A stretch of 63,972 nt of DNA, filler included, from Anaerolineae bacterium (GCA_041082215.1; 8 parts of 7 records of this genome joined end to end with filler, not necessarily neighbours in it); one strand, 5' to 3'. Shown: positions 41,001-50,943, counted from the whole stretch's first letter. A program made the numbers and translations. The notes: generated by a model from the letters alone, not told the origin.

Positions 41001-44000
41001 ATGGACCGAATAGTCGCGGTTATCCTGCTCGCCGTCCTTCTCCTGGTGGCGTTCACCGCCGTCCATGCTCAGACCCCTCCTCCTCCGACGCCGACACCCA
41101 CCCCGGAGCCGCCCGAACTCCCCGGCACGCTGGGTGATATCCAGAAACTGATCCAGTTCGTCCGGACTGTGGGGCCCTGGACGGCACTGGCGCTCCTCCT
41201 CCTGCTGGGCCTGGCCGCCTTCGTCTGGAGGGTAGGGGGAGCGCTGACGGCCGAAGGGGCCGGAAAGGCAGCGGAGTGGATCCGCCGGGGGATCGAGGCT
41301 GGCTGGACCCGCGCCACCCACCGCGTCCCGCCGGAGGAAAAGGCCGTCCTCAAGGACGTCCAGACCTTCTGTAAACAACTGGAACTGAAGGGTTTTGTCA
41401 AAGAGCACCTGATCATCGTATCGCTGGAAAGCGTCTACGTCCCCCTGACGGCGCGGGGCGCCATCGCGCCCGGCGGCCTCGGCGAGGGGATGCCCCTGCT
41501 GCGCGCCAGAGAGGAGGGCGGGGAGGTCCCCCTCACCGACCTCATTCCCCGCCACCGCTGCCTGGTGCTGGTGGGCGAGGCCGGCTCCGGCAAGACCACC
41601 TTTCTGAAATACGTGACCCTCACCGCCGCAGATGCCTGCGCCGGGCGCAGGCCCCAGGGGGCGGACTGGCTGCCCCGGCCCACGCCTCTCCCCCTCTACC
41701 TTCCCCTCCACGGCCTGGGGATCTATCTGCGGGACCAGAAGCCCGCCGACCGGGAGTCCCCCAGTCCCGACCTGTTGCGGGATTACATCGCCCACCACCT
41801 GCGCCATCTCGACCTTCCCGAAGGGTGGATCGCGGACCGCCTGAAGAGGGGCAATATCCTGCTCCTGCTGGACGGGCTGGACGAGGTGGCCCGCTTCGAG
41901 GACCGCCGCTTCATCGCCGAGATGGTCACCCGCTTCGCCGACCTCTACGACCGCTGCCGGCTTGTCGTCACCACCCGGCCTGAGGGGTATGAGGGGGCAG
42001 CCCAACTGGGCGGGGAGTTCACGCGGCGGGACATCAATCCCCTCCAGTGGCCGGACGACATCCGCACTTTCCTCTACCGCTGGAACGAAGCCATCCAGCA
42101 GCGGGCCGAGCAGGGGAATCTCTCTGCGCGGGGCAGAAAGGAGGCCCACGAGAAGGCCGAGCGTATGATGGCCCGGCTTGAGGCTGCCCCGAACGTCCGC
42201 GAACTGGCCAACAACCCTCTCCTCCTCACCGTGATGGCCATCGTCCACTACAACGTCGGCACCCTCCCGGAGCGGCGGGCCGACCTCTACGACGCGGCCA
42301 CCGAACTGCTCCTGGGGTGGGATAAGAAGATGGGCAGGGATGCGCTGGCCCCGCCTCCCTGGCTCGATAGCCTCTCCGGCGGCCAGCGCCGCCTGCCGCT
42401 GGAGGAACTGGCCTTTGAGTTCCAGGAGGGGCGCGTTCTGGAGCGCCCACGGGAGCGGGTGCTGGACTCTCTGGCGGACTATTTCCTGGCCGGGAGGGGA
42501 CGGGAGGCAAAAGAGACGGCCCGCTGCCGCGCCGAAGAGTATTTGACCTGGGTCACCGGCCGCACCTACGTCCTTCAGGAGATCGGCGGCAGCATTCGTT
42601 TCTACCGCAAGCCCTTCCAGGAATACCTGGCCGCCCGGCGACTGGCCCGCCGTCCGGACCTGCAGGACCAGGTGGCCCGTACCCTGGAGACGGACTGGCA
42701 GGACCGCTGGTGGGATGAGGTCCTCTGCCTGACGGTGGGACAACTGGTGAGCGACGATCCCCAGAAGGCCGGCAGCCTGCTTTCCTCCATCCAGAGCCTG
42801 CCCGACCCCCAGCAGGCCCCCCATTACAACGCCACTTTCGTCGCCCGCGCGCTGGCCGACGTGCCGGAAGGGCTGCTGGGGAGCGTCTGGGAGGTGAAGG
42901 AGCGGGTGACGGAGGAGCTGGCTAACGCCGTCGCCGCCGCGGAGCCAGCCTTCACCCCTAAGGCCAGGCTGGAGGCAGGGGTGGCCCTGGGCCGGCTGGG
43001 GGACCCCCGGCCGGGCGTCGGCGTGGACCCTCAAACGGGGCTTCCAGACATCCTCTGGGTGGAGGTGCCCGCCGGCCCCTTCTGGATGGGCTCCACCGAT
43101 GAGGAAGTGGAGCGGTGGAAGACATGGGTTCGAGGGAAGGTGGAGGACGGGACTTACACGGCTGAGAGGCTTTCTCCAGAGGACCTGCTTGAGATTTTCG
43201 GGGCCTGGCTGGAGGGGGAGCGGGGCCAGCACCCCCTGGACCTGCCTGCGTTCCAGATCAGCCGCTACCCCATCACCAACGCCCAGTACCGCTGCTTTAT
43301 GGAGGCCGGCGGATATGACGACCCTGCCTGGTGGGGTGGCGAGGAAAGCCCCGGCTGGACCTGGCGGCAGGGGGAACCACGCTGGCCGTGGCAGCGGACC
43401 GACCGGCCCGATTTCTGGGACGATCCCCGCTTTAACGGCCCCAACCAGCCGGTGGTCGGGGTCACCTGGTATGAGGCGATGGCCTTCTGCCGCTGGCTGA
43501 CGGAACGCCTGCGGCCCCACGTAGGGGCGCAGTGTGCTGCGCCCCCAGGGGGATGGGAGATCCGCCTGCCGACGGAGGCCGAATGGGAGAAGGCCGCCCG
43601 GGGCGCCGACGGCCGGACCTGGCCCTGGGGGAACGAGTGGGAAGAGGGGCAGGCCAACACCTGGGAGGCCGGCCTGAAGCAGACCTCCCCGGTGGGCATC
43701 CTCCCGCGTGGAGACAGCCCCTATGGCGTAGCCGATATGGTTGGGAACGTGTGGGAGTGGACGCTGAGCCTCTGGGGACCGGACTGGCGTCGCCCAGCGT
43801 TCGGGTATCCGTACCGGCCCGGTGACGGCCGCGAGGACACCTCTCCGGGGGATGATGTGGCGCGCGTTGTGCGTGGCGGCTCGTGGGACTCCCTTCAGGA
43901 GGACGCCCGTTGCGCGGGGCGCCTCAGGGGCGACCCGGTCGTCTCGTTCAACCTCATCGGTTTTCGGTGCGTCTCCCCCGTCCCCGGTTCTGGTTTCTGA
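41001..44000 (+). CDS. DGR target: signal peptide/TM - NACHT NTPase - FGE-sulfatase (CLec-fold) domain with C-terminal variable region
   Basis: Walker [10 protein letters not shown], Walker [27 protein letters not shown] motifs [58 protein letters not shown]...IGFRCV. Confidence 0.93.
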   Translation: MDRIVAVILLAVLLLVAFTAVHAQTPPPPTPTPTPEPPELPGTLGDIQKLIQFVRTVGPWTALALLLLLGLAAFVWRVGGALTAEGAGKAAEWIRRGIEAGWTRATHRVPPEEKAVLKDVQTFCKQLELKGFVKEHLIIVSLESVYVPLTARGAIAPGGLGEGMPLLRAREEGGEVPLTDLIPRHRCLVLVGEAGSGKTTFLKYVTLTAADACAGRRPQGADWLPRPTPLPLYLPLHGLGIYLRDQKPADRESPSPDLLRDYIAHHLRHLDLPEGWIADRLKRGNILLLLDGLDEVARFEDRRFIAEMVTRFADLYDRCRLVVTTRPEGYEGAAQLGGEFTRRDINPLQWPDDIRTFLYRWNEAIQQRAEQGNLSARGRKEAHEKAERMMARLEAAPNVRELANNPLLLTVMAIVHYNVGTLPERRADLYDAATELLLGWDKKMGRDALAPPPWLDSLSGGQRRLPLEELAFEFQEGRVLERPRERVLDSLADYFLAGRGREAKETARCRAEEYLTWVTGRTYVLQEIGGSIRFYRKPFQEYLAARRLARRPDLQDQVARTLETDWQDRWWDEVLCLTVGQLVSDDPQKAGSLLSSIQSLPDPQQAPHYNATFVARALADVPEGLLGSVWEVKERVTEELANAVAAAEPAFTPKARLEAGVALGRLGDPRPGVGVDPQTGLPDILWVEVPAGPFWMGSTDEEVERWKTWVRGKVEDGTYTAERLSPEDLLEIFGAWLEGERGQHPLDLPAFQISRYPITNAQYRCFMEAGGYDDPAWWGGEESPGWTWRQGEPRWPWQRTDRPDFWDDPRFNGPNQPVVGVTWYEAMAFCRWLTERLRPHVGAQCAAPPGGWEIRLPTEAEWEKAARGADGRTWPWGNEWEEGQANTWEAGLKQTSPVGILPRGDSPYGVADMVGNVWEWTLSLWGPDWRRPAFGYPYRPGDGREDTSPGDDVARVVRGGSWDSLQEDARCAGRLRGDPVVSFNLIGFRCVSPVPGSGF
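43861..43982 (+). repeat. DGR variable repeat (VR)
   Basis: Near the 3' end of the target gene. 20 substitutions relative to the TR, all at TR adenines. Confidence 0.96.
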
Positions 44001-44541
44001 TTTCTGGTTTTCTGGATTCTGGAAGGGGGGTCTGGGGGGCGAAGCCNNNNNNNNNNNNNNNNNNNNNNNNNNNNNNNNNNNNNNNNNNNNTTAATTAATT
44101 AANNNNNNNNNNNNNNNNNNNNNNNNNNNNNNNNNNNNNNNNNNNNCCCCCCCCCCGGGAGGGGGGCGAAAGTGCCGGCCGGGAGCCGGAATTGTAGCGC
44201 AACTCCCCAGGAATTGCGCTGTTTTGGGCCGGAAGCCGGACGGGGAGTTGCTGGGGCCGATTATGGAGCTGCTGTAGCACAGGATTTTGCAGGGAGGGGG
44301 CGCCCGCCGCAGGCGGGCGGGGGTGGAATGAGGGCCAGGCCGGATGGCCGGGCTCGCAGCGTCTTTTTCTCTATCAGCCCAGCAGCCCCACCGCCTTCGG
44401 CCAACTGCCTCCTGTCCTGCCGGAGCCCCACTTCATCCCCGGCGTCCCTGGCGTTCTCAGTGTTCTCAGGCACTTGCATCGAACCCCCCTCAGAGTTGCT
44501 TTTGCACAAAGCACCATTTCTGAGTATAATTTGATAGTGCA

Positions 44542-46530
44542 ATGAGTAAGAAACCACCTGTTGAAGGAGAGACGGCATATCCCGGACCTCCAGGAGAGGA
44601 CCCGCCCCAGCAGACCACGCGCGGGCTTTCCACCCGGTTTGTCGGCGGGCCTGAACCGGCGGCAGGCACCAGGCGCATGCAGCCCGAGGCCCTGCCCCGG
44701 GTGGACGGACGCCTGATGGAAGGAGCCCTCCTCCAGGGACGCTACCGCATCCTCGGGGTCCTGGGAGCTGGGGGGATGAGCACGGTCTATAAGGCGCAGG
44801 ACCTGCACTTCCCCAGGGTGCAGCGGCTGTGCGCGGTCAAAGAAATGACCAACACCGCCACCGACCCGCAGGTGCGGGCTATGGTGATGCGGAACTTCGA
44901 GCGGGAGGCCAGCATCCTGGCCACCCTCAGCCACCCCGCCATCCCCCAGGTCTATGACTACTTCAGCGAAGGAGACCACTCCTACCTGGTGATGGAATAC
45001 ATCCAGGGGAAAGACCTCGAGGCGCTCCTCAGTGAGACGGAAGGGTTCCTCCCCGAAGCACAGGTGGTCAGTTGGGCCATTCAGATCTGCGATGTGCTGG
45101 CCTACCTCCACAGCCATAAGCCCAGTCCGATCATTTTCCGGGACCTGAAGCCCTCCAACATCATGCTGGATGAGCAGGGGCGGATCAAGCTGGTGGACTT
45201 CGGCATCGCCAAGGTCTTCGAGAGCGGCCAGAAGGGTACGATGATCGGTACGGAGGGGTACTCGCCCCCGGAGCAGTACCGGGGGATCGCCGAGCCCCGG
45301 GGGGACCTCTACGCGCTGGCGGCGACGATGCACCATCTCCTGAGCAAACAGGACCCCCGGCTGGAGCCGCCCTTCTCCTTCCAGGAGCGGCCAATCCACA
45401 AGACCAACCCCCTGGTCTCCAATGAGCTCCAGGAGATCATCAACCGGGCGCTGGAGTACGACATCAACCGGCGGTTCAGCTCCGCCGACGAAATGAAGCG
45501 GGCACTGATGAGCCTGCGATCGGCCCGGCAGGCAATGCCTGCTGCTCCCATCGTCGAGGGCATCCAGCCCGGCGCGCCGATGGCCCTCTGGCAGTTCCCC
45601 TGCGAAGACGAGGTCCGTTCCAGCCCGACGATCCACGAGGGGAAGCTGTACGTCGGCTGTTACGACAACAACCTCTATGCGCTGGATGCCGAGACGGGGA
45701 AGTTCCTCTGGAAATATCCCACCGAGGGAGGGATCGCTTCCTCCCCTTTTGTGGCCGAAGGGAGGGTCTTCATCGGTTCGGAGGACCGCTCGCTCTATGC
45801 CATCAACGCCGACACAGGCCGCCTGATATGGACCTGCCCGACCAAAGGGAGGATTTACTCCTCCCCCCGGGTCCAGTTCGGCCACGTGTTTATCGGCTCC
45901 GACGATCACCGGCTGTATGCCGTGAATGTGGCCAGCGGGCGGGTGGCGTGGACCTTCGAGGCAGAGGGGCCGATCCGCTCGACCCCTGCCATCGGCGCCG
46001 ATGCCATCTATTTCGGCGACGAGGCTGGCTCTCTCTATGCCGTGGGCGTCAGCGGCAAGCTGATCTGGCGGTTCCGTACCCGGCGTGGGGTGACCTCCTC
46101 CCCCCTCCTGACCAAGGAGCTGGTCTACGTGGGCTCCCAGGACTGGTATGTGTATGCCCTCGACCTCCGCTCCGGCTGGTCGGTCTGGCGGTATCGTACA
46201 GGGGGGCCGGTCGTCTCCTCACCGGCTATAGGGGGAACGACCCTCTTCATCGGCTCGGCCGATGGGGACATCTACGCCCTGGACGCCACCAACGGCTACC
46301 TGGTATGGCGGTACAAAACGGGGGGGCAGGTGACTTCTTCTCCAGCCACGTATGAAGGGGCGGTTTACGTGGGGTCTGTGGACGGGTTTCTCTACTCGCT
46401 GGACGCTCAAACCGGACAGCTCCGCTGGCGGTTCCAGACCAGTGGCCCGATAACCTCTTCCCCCCGGGTGTCGAACGGTATCGTGTATATTGGTTCCACA
46501 GACCATAACGTCTACGCGTTGCCTGCGTAA
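44542..46530 (+). CDS. Hanks-type Ser/Thr kinase with C-terminal PQQ-like beta-propeller repeats
   Basis: LGAGGMSTVY, AVKE, FRDLKPSN, DFGIA, GTEGYSPPE. About eight SSP...VYVGS.D..LYALDA.TG...W repeats. Confidence 0.93.
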   Translation: MSKKPPVEGETAYPGPPGEDPPQQTTRGLSTRFVGGPEPAAGTRRMQPEALPRVDGRLMEGALLQGRYRILGVLGAGGMSTVYKAQDLHFPRVQRLCAVKEMTNTATDPQVRAMVMRNFEREASILATLSHPAIPQVYDYFSEGDHSYLVMEYIQGKDLEALLSETEGFLPEAQVVSWAIQICDVLAYLHSHKPSPIIFRDLKPSNIMLDEQGRIKLVDFGIAKVFESGQKGTMIGTEGYSPPEQYRGIAEPRGDLYALAATMHHLLSKQDPRLEPPFSFQERPIHKTNPLVSNELQEIINRALEYDINRRFSSADEMKRALMSLRSARQAMPAAPIVEGIQPGAPMALWQFPCEDEVRSSPTIHEGKLYVGCYDNNLYALDAETGKFLWKYPTEGGIASSPFVAEGRVFIGSEDRSLYAINADTGRLIWTCPTKGRIYSSPRVQFGHVFIGSDDHRLYAVNVASGRVAWTFEAEGPIRSTPAIGADAIYFGDEAGSLYAVGVSGKLIWRFRTRRGVTSSPLLTKELVYVGSQDWYVYALDLRSGWSVWRYRTGGPVVSSPAIGGTTLFIGSADGDIYALDATNGYLVWRYKTGGQVTSSPATYEGAVYVGSVDGFLYSLDAQTGQLRWRFQTSGPITSSPRVSNGIVYIGSTDHNVYALPA

Positions 46531-46541
46531 GGGGGGTGCGG

Positions 46542-47405
46542 ATGGCCTTTTTGCGAAAGCTTTGGAGGGGGAGGAAGCCGGCCCAGGCCGGGCCTGCCCC
46601 CTCACCCGTCGGGCGGAAAGAGTCTGTCGGCTGGCAGGTGGAAGTGGGCTGGGCCACCGATGTGGGCCGGCAGCGACAACACAACGAGGACACCGTTCTG
46701 GTCCTCGAGGCCAATCAGGGAGGGGATAACCCGATGCCTCCCTTCGGCCTGTTTGTCCTGGCCGATGGGATGGGCGGGCATCGGGCCGGGGAGGTCGCCA
46801 GCGGGCTGGCTGCCCGCACCGTGGCGGGCTATGTCGTCCAGCACGTCTATCTGAGCGCGCTCAGTCGGCGGGAGCATGGGGCAGGCGAGCCTTCTCTGAA
46901 AGAGGTGCTGGTAGAGGCGGTCAATCTGGCCAACACAGCCGTTGCCGCTGAGGTCCCCGGGGGCGGCACGACACTGATCTGCGCTATGGTGCTGGGGACC
47001 CGGGCCTACATCGCCAATGTCGGCGACAGCCGTGCCTACCTGGTGCTCCCCGAGGGGCTGGAGCGGATCACCCGCGATCATTCGCTGGTGGATCGGCTGG
47101 TGGAGCTCGGACAGTTGACGACCACGGAGGCGGCCAACCATCCCCAGAAAAACGTGCTCTACCGGGCGGTGGGGCAGGGTGGGGTGCTGGAAGTGGACGT
47201 GTTCGTCCGGTCCATCCCGCCCGGTGGCCGGCTCCTCCTCTGCACCGACGGCCTGTGGGGTATGGTCCCCGAAGAGGAGATGGCGCATCTGATCGCCAGG
47301 GCCCGCTCCCTTCAGGCCGCCTGCGACGCGCTGGTGATAGCAGCGAACGAGGCTGGCGGCAAGGATAATATCAGCGTTATCCTTGTAGAACCTCCGGGTG
47401 CATGA
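46542..47405 (+). CDS. PP2C-family Ser/Thr phosphatase
   Basis: DVGRQRQHNED, LADGMGGH, NVGDSRAY, DHS, CTDGLWG, GGKDNIS. Confidence 0.93.
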   Translation: MAFLRKLWRGRKPAQAGPAPSPVGRKESVGWQVEVGWATDVGRQRQHNEDTVLVLEANQGGDNPMPPFGLFVLADGMGGHRAGEVASGLAARTVAGYVVQHVYLSALSRREHGAGEPSLKEVLVEAVNLANTAVAAEVPGGGTTLICAMVLGTRAYIANVGDSRAYLVLPEGLERITRDHSLVDRLVELGQLTTTEAANHPQKNVLYRAVGQGGVLEVDVFVRSIPPGGRLLLCTDGLWGMVPEEEMAHLIARARSLQAACDALVIAANEAGGKDNISVILVEPPGA

Positions 47406-48862
47406 TGGAGATAGAGAAAGACCTCTACGCTCTGCTCGGCGTCTCGCCGGATGCGACGCAGGAGGAGATCAAGCGGGCCTACCGGACCCTGGCCCGCCAG
47501 TATCATCCGGACAGCGGCACCGAGATGGCCTCCGCCGAGCGGTTCCAGGCGGTTCAGGAGGCGTACCGGGTGCTGGGAGACCCGGTGCGCCGCCGGGCCT
47601 ACGACCGGAGACGGGCCGAGCGGGGGCTGGGCATCCGTTCGATGGTGGCGTGGGATGTGATGCTCAGCCAGGATGAGCTGCCCGCCATCGCCGAAGAGCA
47701 GATGCTTTACCTCCTGATAGACATCCGCCCGGCCGGCCTCGCGCGAGCCAGAAGGCTCCCCCTCAATCTCTGCCTGGTGATTGACCGCAGTACCTCTATG
47801 CAGGGGGACCGCCTGGACTATGTGAAGGCAGCGGCCCACCAGGTCATTGACGATCTGGAGGACCAGGATACGCTGGGGATCATCTCCTTCAGCGACCGGG
47901 CGGAAATCCTGATGCCCAGCCAGCGGCTGGAGGATCGGGCGCGGGCCCACGCACGGGTCTCCTCCATCTGGGCCAGCGGGGGAACGGAGATCCTGCAGGG
48001 GCTGAAGGCCGGCCTGGAACAGTTGCGCCGGGTCAACCGGGAGGATTCGATCAGCCATCTGATCCTGCTGACCGATGGCCGGACTTACGGAGATGAGGAC
48101 GAGTGTATCGTCGAAGCCCGCCGCGCTGGCCTGGAGCGGATCGGCATCAGCGCCCTGGGGATTGGCGAGGACTGGAACGACGCCTTTCTGGACGACCTGG
48201 CCCATCAGGCCGGGGGCACCTGTGCCTACATTTCCTACCCCCAGCAGATCCGGGATGTGTTGAGGGAACAGGTACGGGGGCTGGGGTCCCTGTTCGCCCG
48301 CAATATGCGGCTTATGCTCCGCTTCACCGACAAGGCCTGGCTGGAGACAGCCTTCCGGGCTGCTCCATATATCGAACGATTGATCCCGAAGGAGGGGGCG
48401 CTGGATATCGGTATGCTGCAGGCGGGGTCGCCGGTGCGTGTGCTCCTGGAAACGGTCGTCGCACCGGTCCCTGTTGGTCAGCACCGCCTGCTCCAGTTGG
48501 AGCTGACAGCGGATGTGCCCGCGCTGGGACGGCAGGAACGGCTGCTCTTCGACCTCGATATGGATTTCCGGAAGGAGCCGGCCCAGCAACCTGTTCCGGC
48601 CGCCATCGTGAACACATTGGGCCGGTTGAGCATCTTCCGCATGCAGGAACAGGCCTGGCAGGCACTGGAGAGTGGAGAGCGAGAGGAGGCCCGCAGGCGA
48701 CTGGAAACGATCGCCACACGGCTTCTGGATATGGGTGAAAAAGAATTGGCCCATATGACCCTTCTCGAGGCCGGGCGGGTGGCTCAGGGAGGACAGGTTT
48801 CGGAGAAGGGACACAAGACCATCAAGTACGGCACGCGCAGTCTGGGCCTCAAGGGAGGATAG
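47402..48862 (+). CDS. DnaJ-domain / vWA-domain fusion protein
   Basis: J domain (DLYALLGV...IKRAYR...YHPD) followed by vWA with MIDAS motif DRSTSM, LLTDG, LGIGEDWN. Confidence 0.9.
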   Translation: MMEIEKDLYALLGVSPDATQEEIKRAYRTLARQYHPDSGTEMASAERFQAVQEAYRVLGDPVRRRAYDRRRAERGLGIRSMVAWDVMLSQDELPAIAEEQMLYLLIDIRPAGLARARRLPLNLCLVIDRSTSMQGDRLDYVKAAAHQVIDDLEDQDTLGIISFSDRAEILMPSQRLEDRARAHARVSSIWASGGTEILQGLKAGLEQLRRVNREDSISHLILLTDGRTYGDEDECIVEARRAGLERIGISALGIGEDWNDAFLDDLAHQAGGTCAYISYPQQIRDVLREQVRGLGSLFARNMRLMLRFTDKAWLETAFRAAPYIERLIPKEGALDIGMLQAGSPVRVLLETVVAPVPVGQHRLLQLELTADVPALGRQERLLFDLDMDFRKEPAQQPVPAAIVNTLGRLSIFRMQEQAWQALESGEREEARRRLETIATRLLDMGEKELAHMTLLEAGRVAQGGQVSEKGHKTIKYGTRSLGLKGG

Positions 48863-48871
48863 GAGGGAACC

Positions 48872-49381
48872 ATGATCGAGTGCCCATCGTGTGGGAAGAA
48901 ACATCGTCCTGGAACGCTCCTGTGCACGGAGTGCGGTGTGTATCTTCCCACAGGCGGTGCGTTGCGGACCGAGCCGCTTCCAACCGACGAGCTCCCGAAG
49001 TCCCGAGCCACAAGCTGGGAGGCTGTGGCGCCGGAGGAAGAAAGGGTAGAAGGGCTCCGTCCCCTGCGTGTTCATATCCTGGATAGCGACCGGCGGGTGC
49101 AGTTGCCCGCTATGCCGGAGATCCTGCTGGGACGTCTGGACACTGCCCACGGCATCTTTCCCGATCTGGACCTGACGGCAGACGGAGGGCTGGAAATGGG
49201 GGTCTCCCGCCGCCATGCCAAGATTATCCAGCGCGGCGGGGAGTTTTTCATCGAAGATGTGGGGAGCGCCAATGGGACCTTTCTGAATGAGCAACGGCTG
49301 ACCCCCTATCTGCCCTATCCCCTCCACGAAGGGGATGAAATCCAGATGGGCCGTCTGCGGGTCCGGATCATCCCGGAATGA
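48872..49381 (+). CDS. Zinc-ribbon FHA domain protein
   Basis: CPSCG...CTECG, and FHA motifs LGR, VSRRHA, SANGTFLN. Confidence 0.92.
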   Translation: MIECPSCGKKHRPGTLLCTECGVYLPTGGALRTEPLPTDELPKSRATSWEAVAPEEERVEGLRPLRVHILDSDRRVQLPAMPEILLGRLDTAHGIFPDLDLTADGGLEMGVSRRHAKIIQRGGEFFIEDVGSANGTFLNEQRLTPYLPYPLHEGDEIQMGRLRVRIIPE

Positions 49382-49452
49382 GCAGGGTGTCTTCATGGAG
49401 CGGCTTCCCACTCGCCGCGAAGCCCGCAGGGCGGACGGGATAGGAGGAGCCT

Positions 49453-49695
49453 ATGCCGCTGACCGTTCTGGTGCATATGTTGAATGAGGATCCCATCGTG
49501 GCCGAAGTGGATCGGCTGCCGGATCCAACCGACCAGTATCTGCTGTGTGAAAACCCCCGACGCAGGGATGGCCGGGACCTGAGCTATGTGCTGCCGGAGG
49601 TGAAGGCTCTCCTCGTGCCCTGGCATCGCATCCACTGTGTGGAGATATTGCCCAGCGAGGAGGAGGAGAAGATCGTCACCTTCGTGCGGGAGTGA
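49453..49695 (+). CDS. Small hypothetical protein
   Basis: 80 aa, AGGAGG RBS, overlaps the start region of the next gene. Confidence 0.65.
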   Translation: MPLTVLVHMLNEDPIVAEVDRLPDPTDQYLLCENPRRRDGRDLSYVLPEVKALLVPWHRIHCVEILPSEEEEKIVTFVRE

Positions 49696-49697
49696 GG

Positions 49698-50438
49698 ATG
49701 AAAGAACCCGGCCCCCTGATCCTCGTTGTAGACGACGAAGAGCGGATCGTCCGCTTCGTCACAATGAACCTGGAGCTGGAAGGGTTCCAGGTGATCACCG
49801 CTCCCTCCGGCATCGAGGCGCTCCGGCGCGTGCGGGAGGACCTGCCCGACCTGGTCCTTCTGGATGTGATGATGCCGGACCTGGACGGTTTTGAGACCCT
49901 CCGGCTGCTGCGGGAAACTTCGGATGTCCCGGTAATCATGCTCACCGTCCGCTCGGAAGAAGAGGACGTCGTCCGGGGGCTGGAGCTGGGGGCGGATGAC
50001 TATATCACCAAACCCTTCAGCATCCAGGTGCTCACCAGCCGCATCCGGGCCGTCCTCCGCCGCGTCGCTCCTCCCTCCGGCCCGGAATCCGCCGTCCTCG
50101 AGATTGACGATTACCTGAGCGTGGATTACAACCGCCGGGAGGTGATCGTCGGGGGGAGGCGGGTGAAGCTCCGACCCACCGAGTTCCGCCTTCTCTACCA
50201 CCTCATCGAAAACGCTGGCTGGGTTGTCCCCCACGAGACGTTGCTTTCCAAGGTCTGGGGATATGAGTATCGGGACGAAGTCCATTACCTTCGGCTCTAC
50301 ATCACCTATCTGCGCAAAAAGATCGAACCTGACCCCTCCCGTCCGCGCTATATTCTCACCGAACGGGGGGTAGGGTACCGGTTTGTGGACTTTCGAGGCA
50401 AGGGGCGGGAGGAAGGAGAAAAGGGAGGAAATGGGTAG
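49698..50438 (+). CDS. OmpR/PhoB (KdpE-like) response regulator
   Basis: REC domain plus winged helix (LRPTEFRLL...VWG...LRKKIEPDP...TERGVGYRF). Confidence 0.93.
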   Translation: MKEPGPLILVVDDEERIVRFVTMNLELEGFQVITAPSGIEALRRVREDLPDLVLLDVMMPDLDGFETLRLLRETSDVPVIMLTVRSEEEDVVRGLELGADDYITKPFSIQVLTSRIRAVLRRVAPPSGPESAVLEIDDYLSVDYNRREVIVGGRRVKLRPTEFRLLYHLIENAGWVVPHETLLSKVWGYEYRDEVHYLRLYITYLRKKIEPDPSRPRYILTERGVGYRFVDFRGKGREEGEKGGNG

Positions 50439-50943
50439 GGCCTACAAAGTCGTCGTCACCGGCGCCTTCAACGCCGGCAAAAGCTCCTTCATCAGCACTA
50501 TCTCTGAAATCCCCGTGGTCTCCACCGAGCGCCGCATCACCGACCACCTGGCCGAGGTGAAGGAGACGACAACGGTGGCGATGGACTACGGGCAGGCTAC
50601 CGTCGGCGGGTGTCTTTTCCACCTCTACGGCACCCCTGGTCAGGAGCGGTTCGACTTTATGTGGGACATCCTCTCCCGGGAGATGGACGGTCTGTTAGTC
50701 CTGGTGGACAGCACGGACCGTTCGTCGCTGACCGTTGCCCGCCGCATCCTCCGGCGTTTGACCCGCCGGACGCGCGTCCCTCTGCTGGTGGTCGCGACCA
50801 AGCAGGACGGGCGTCGGGCCCTCTCACTGGAGGAGGTGGCCGAGGCCCTGCACATCGAGCCGGCCACCGTCGTCCCGTGTGACCCCCGCCAGAAGCAGAG
50901 CGTGCAGGGAGTCCTCCGCACCCTGTTGACCCGCCTCGAGTAA
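50431..50943 (+). CDS. Small GTPase, MglA/ATP-GTP-binding family
   Basis: [34 protein letters not shown]. Confidence 0.88.
   Translation: MGRAYKVVVTGAFNAGKSSFISTISEIPVVSTERRITDHLAEVKETTTVAMDYGQATVGGCLFHLYGTPGQERFDFMWDILSREMDGLLVLVDSTDRSSLTVARRILRRLTRRTRVPLLVVATKQDGRRALSLEEVAEALHIEPATVVPCDPRQKQSVQGVLRTLLTRLE

Larger units (their letters stand above)
39218..44046 (+). mobile_element. Diversity-generating retroelement (RT-avd-TR-target/VR)
   Basis: DGR-type RT, Avd, and a 122-nt TR/VR pair with adenine-only mismatches, all on one contig. Confidence 0.96.

Noticed and set aside
40690..41013. 107-aa ORF with an FGE-like motif (RGGSWNN...IGFRCV)
   Set aside because: It is the translation of the template repeat plus spacer. 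It lacks the rest of the FGE domain and is better explained as the TR RNA.
44047..49381. Kinase/PP2C/vWA operon as part of the DGR locus
   Set aside because: It is separated from the DGR by an artificial linker and contains no second VR copy. Physical linkage cannot be shown from this window.
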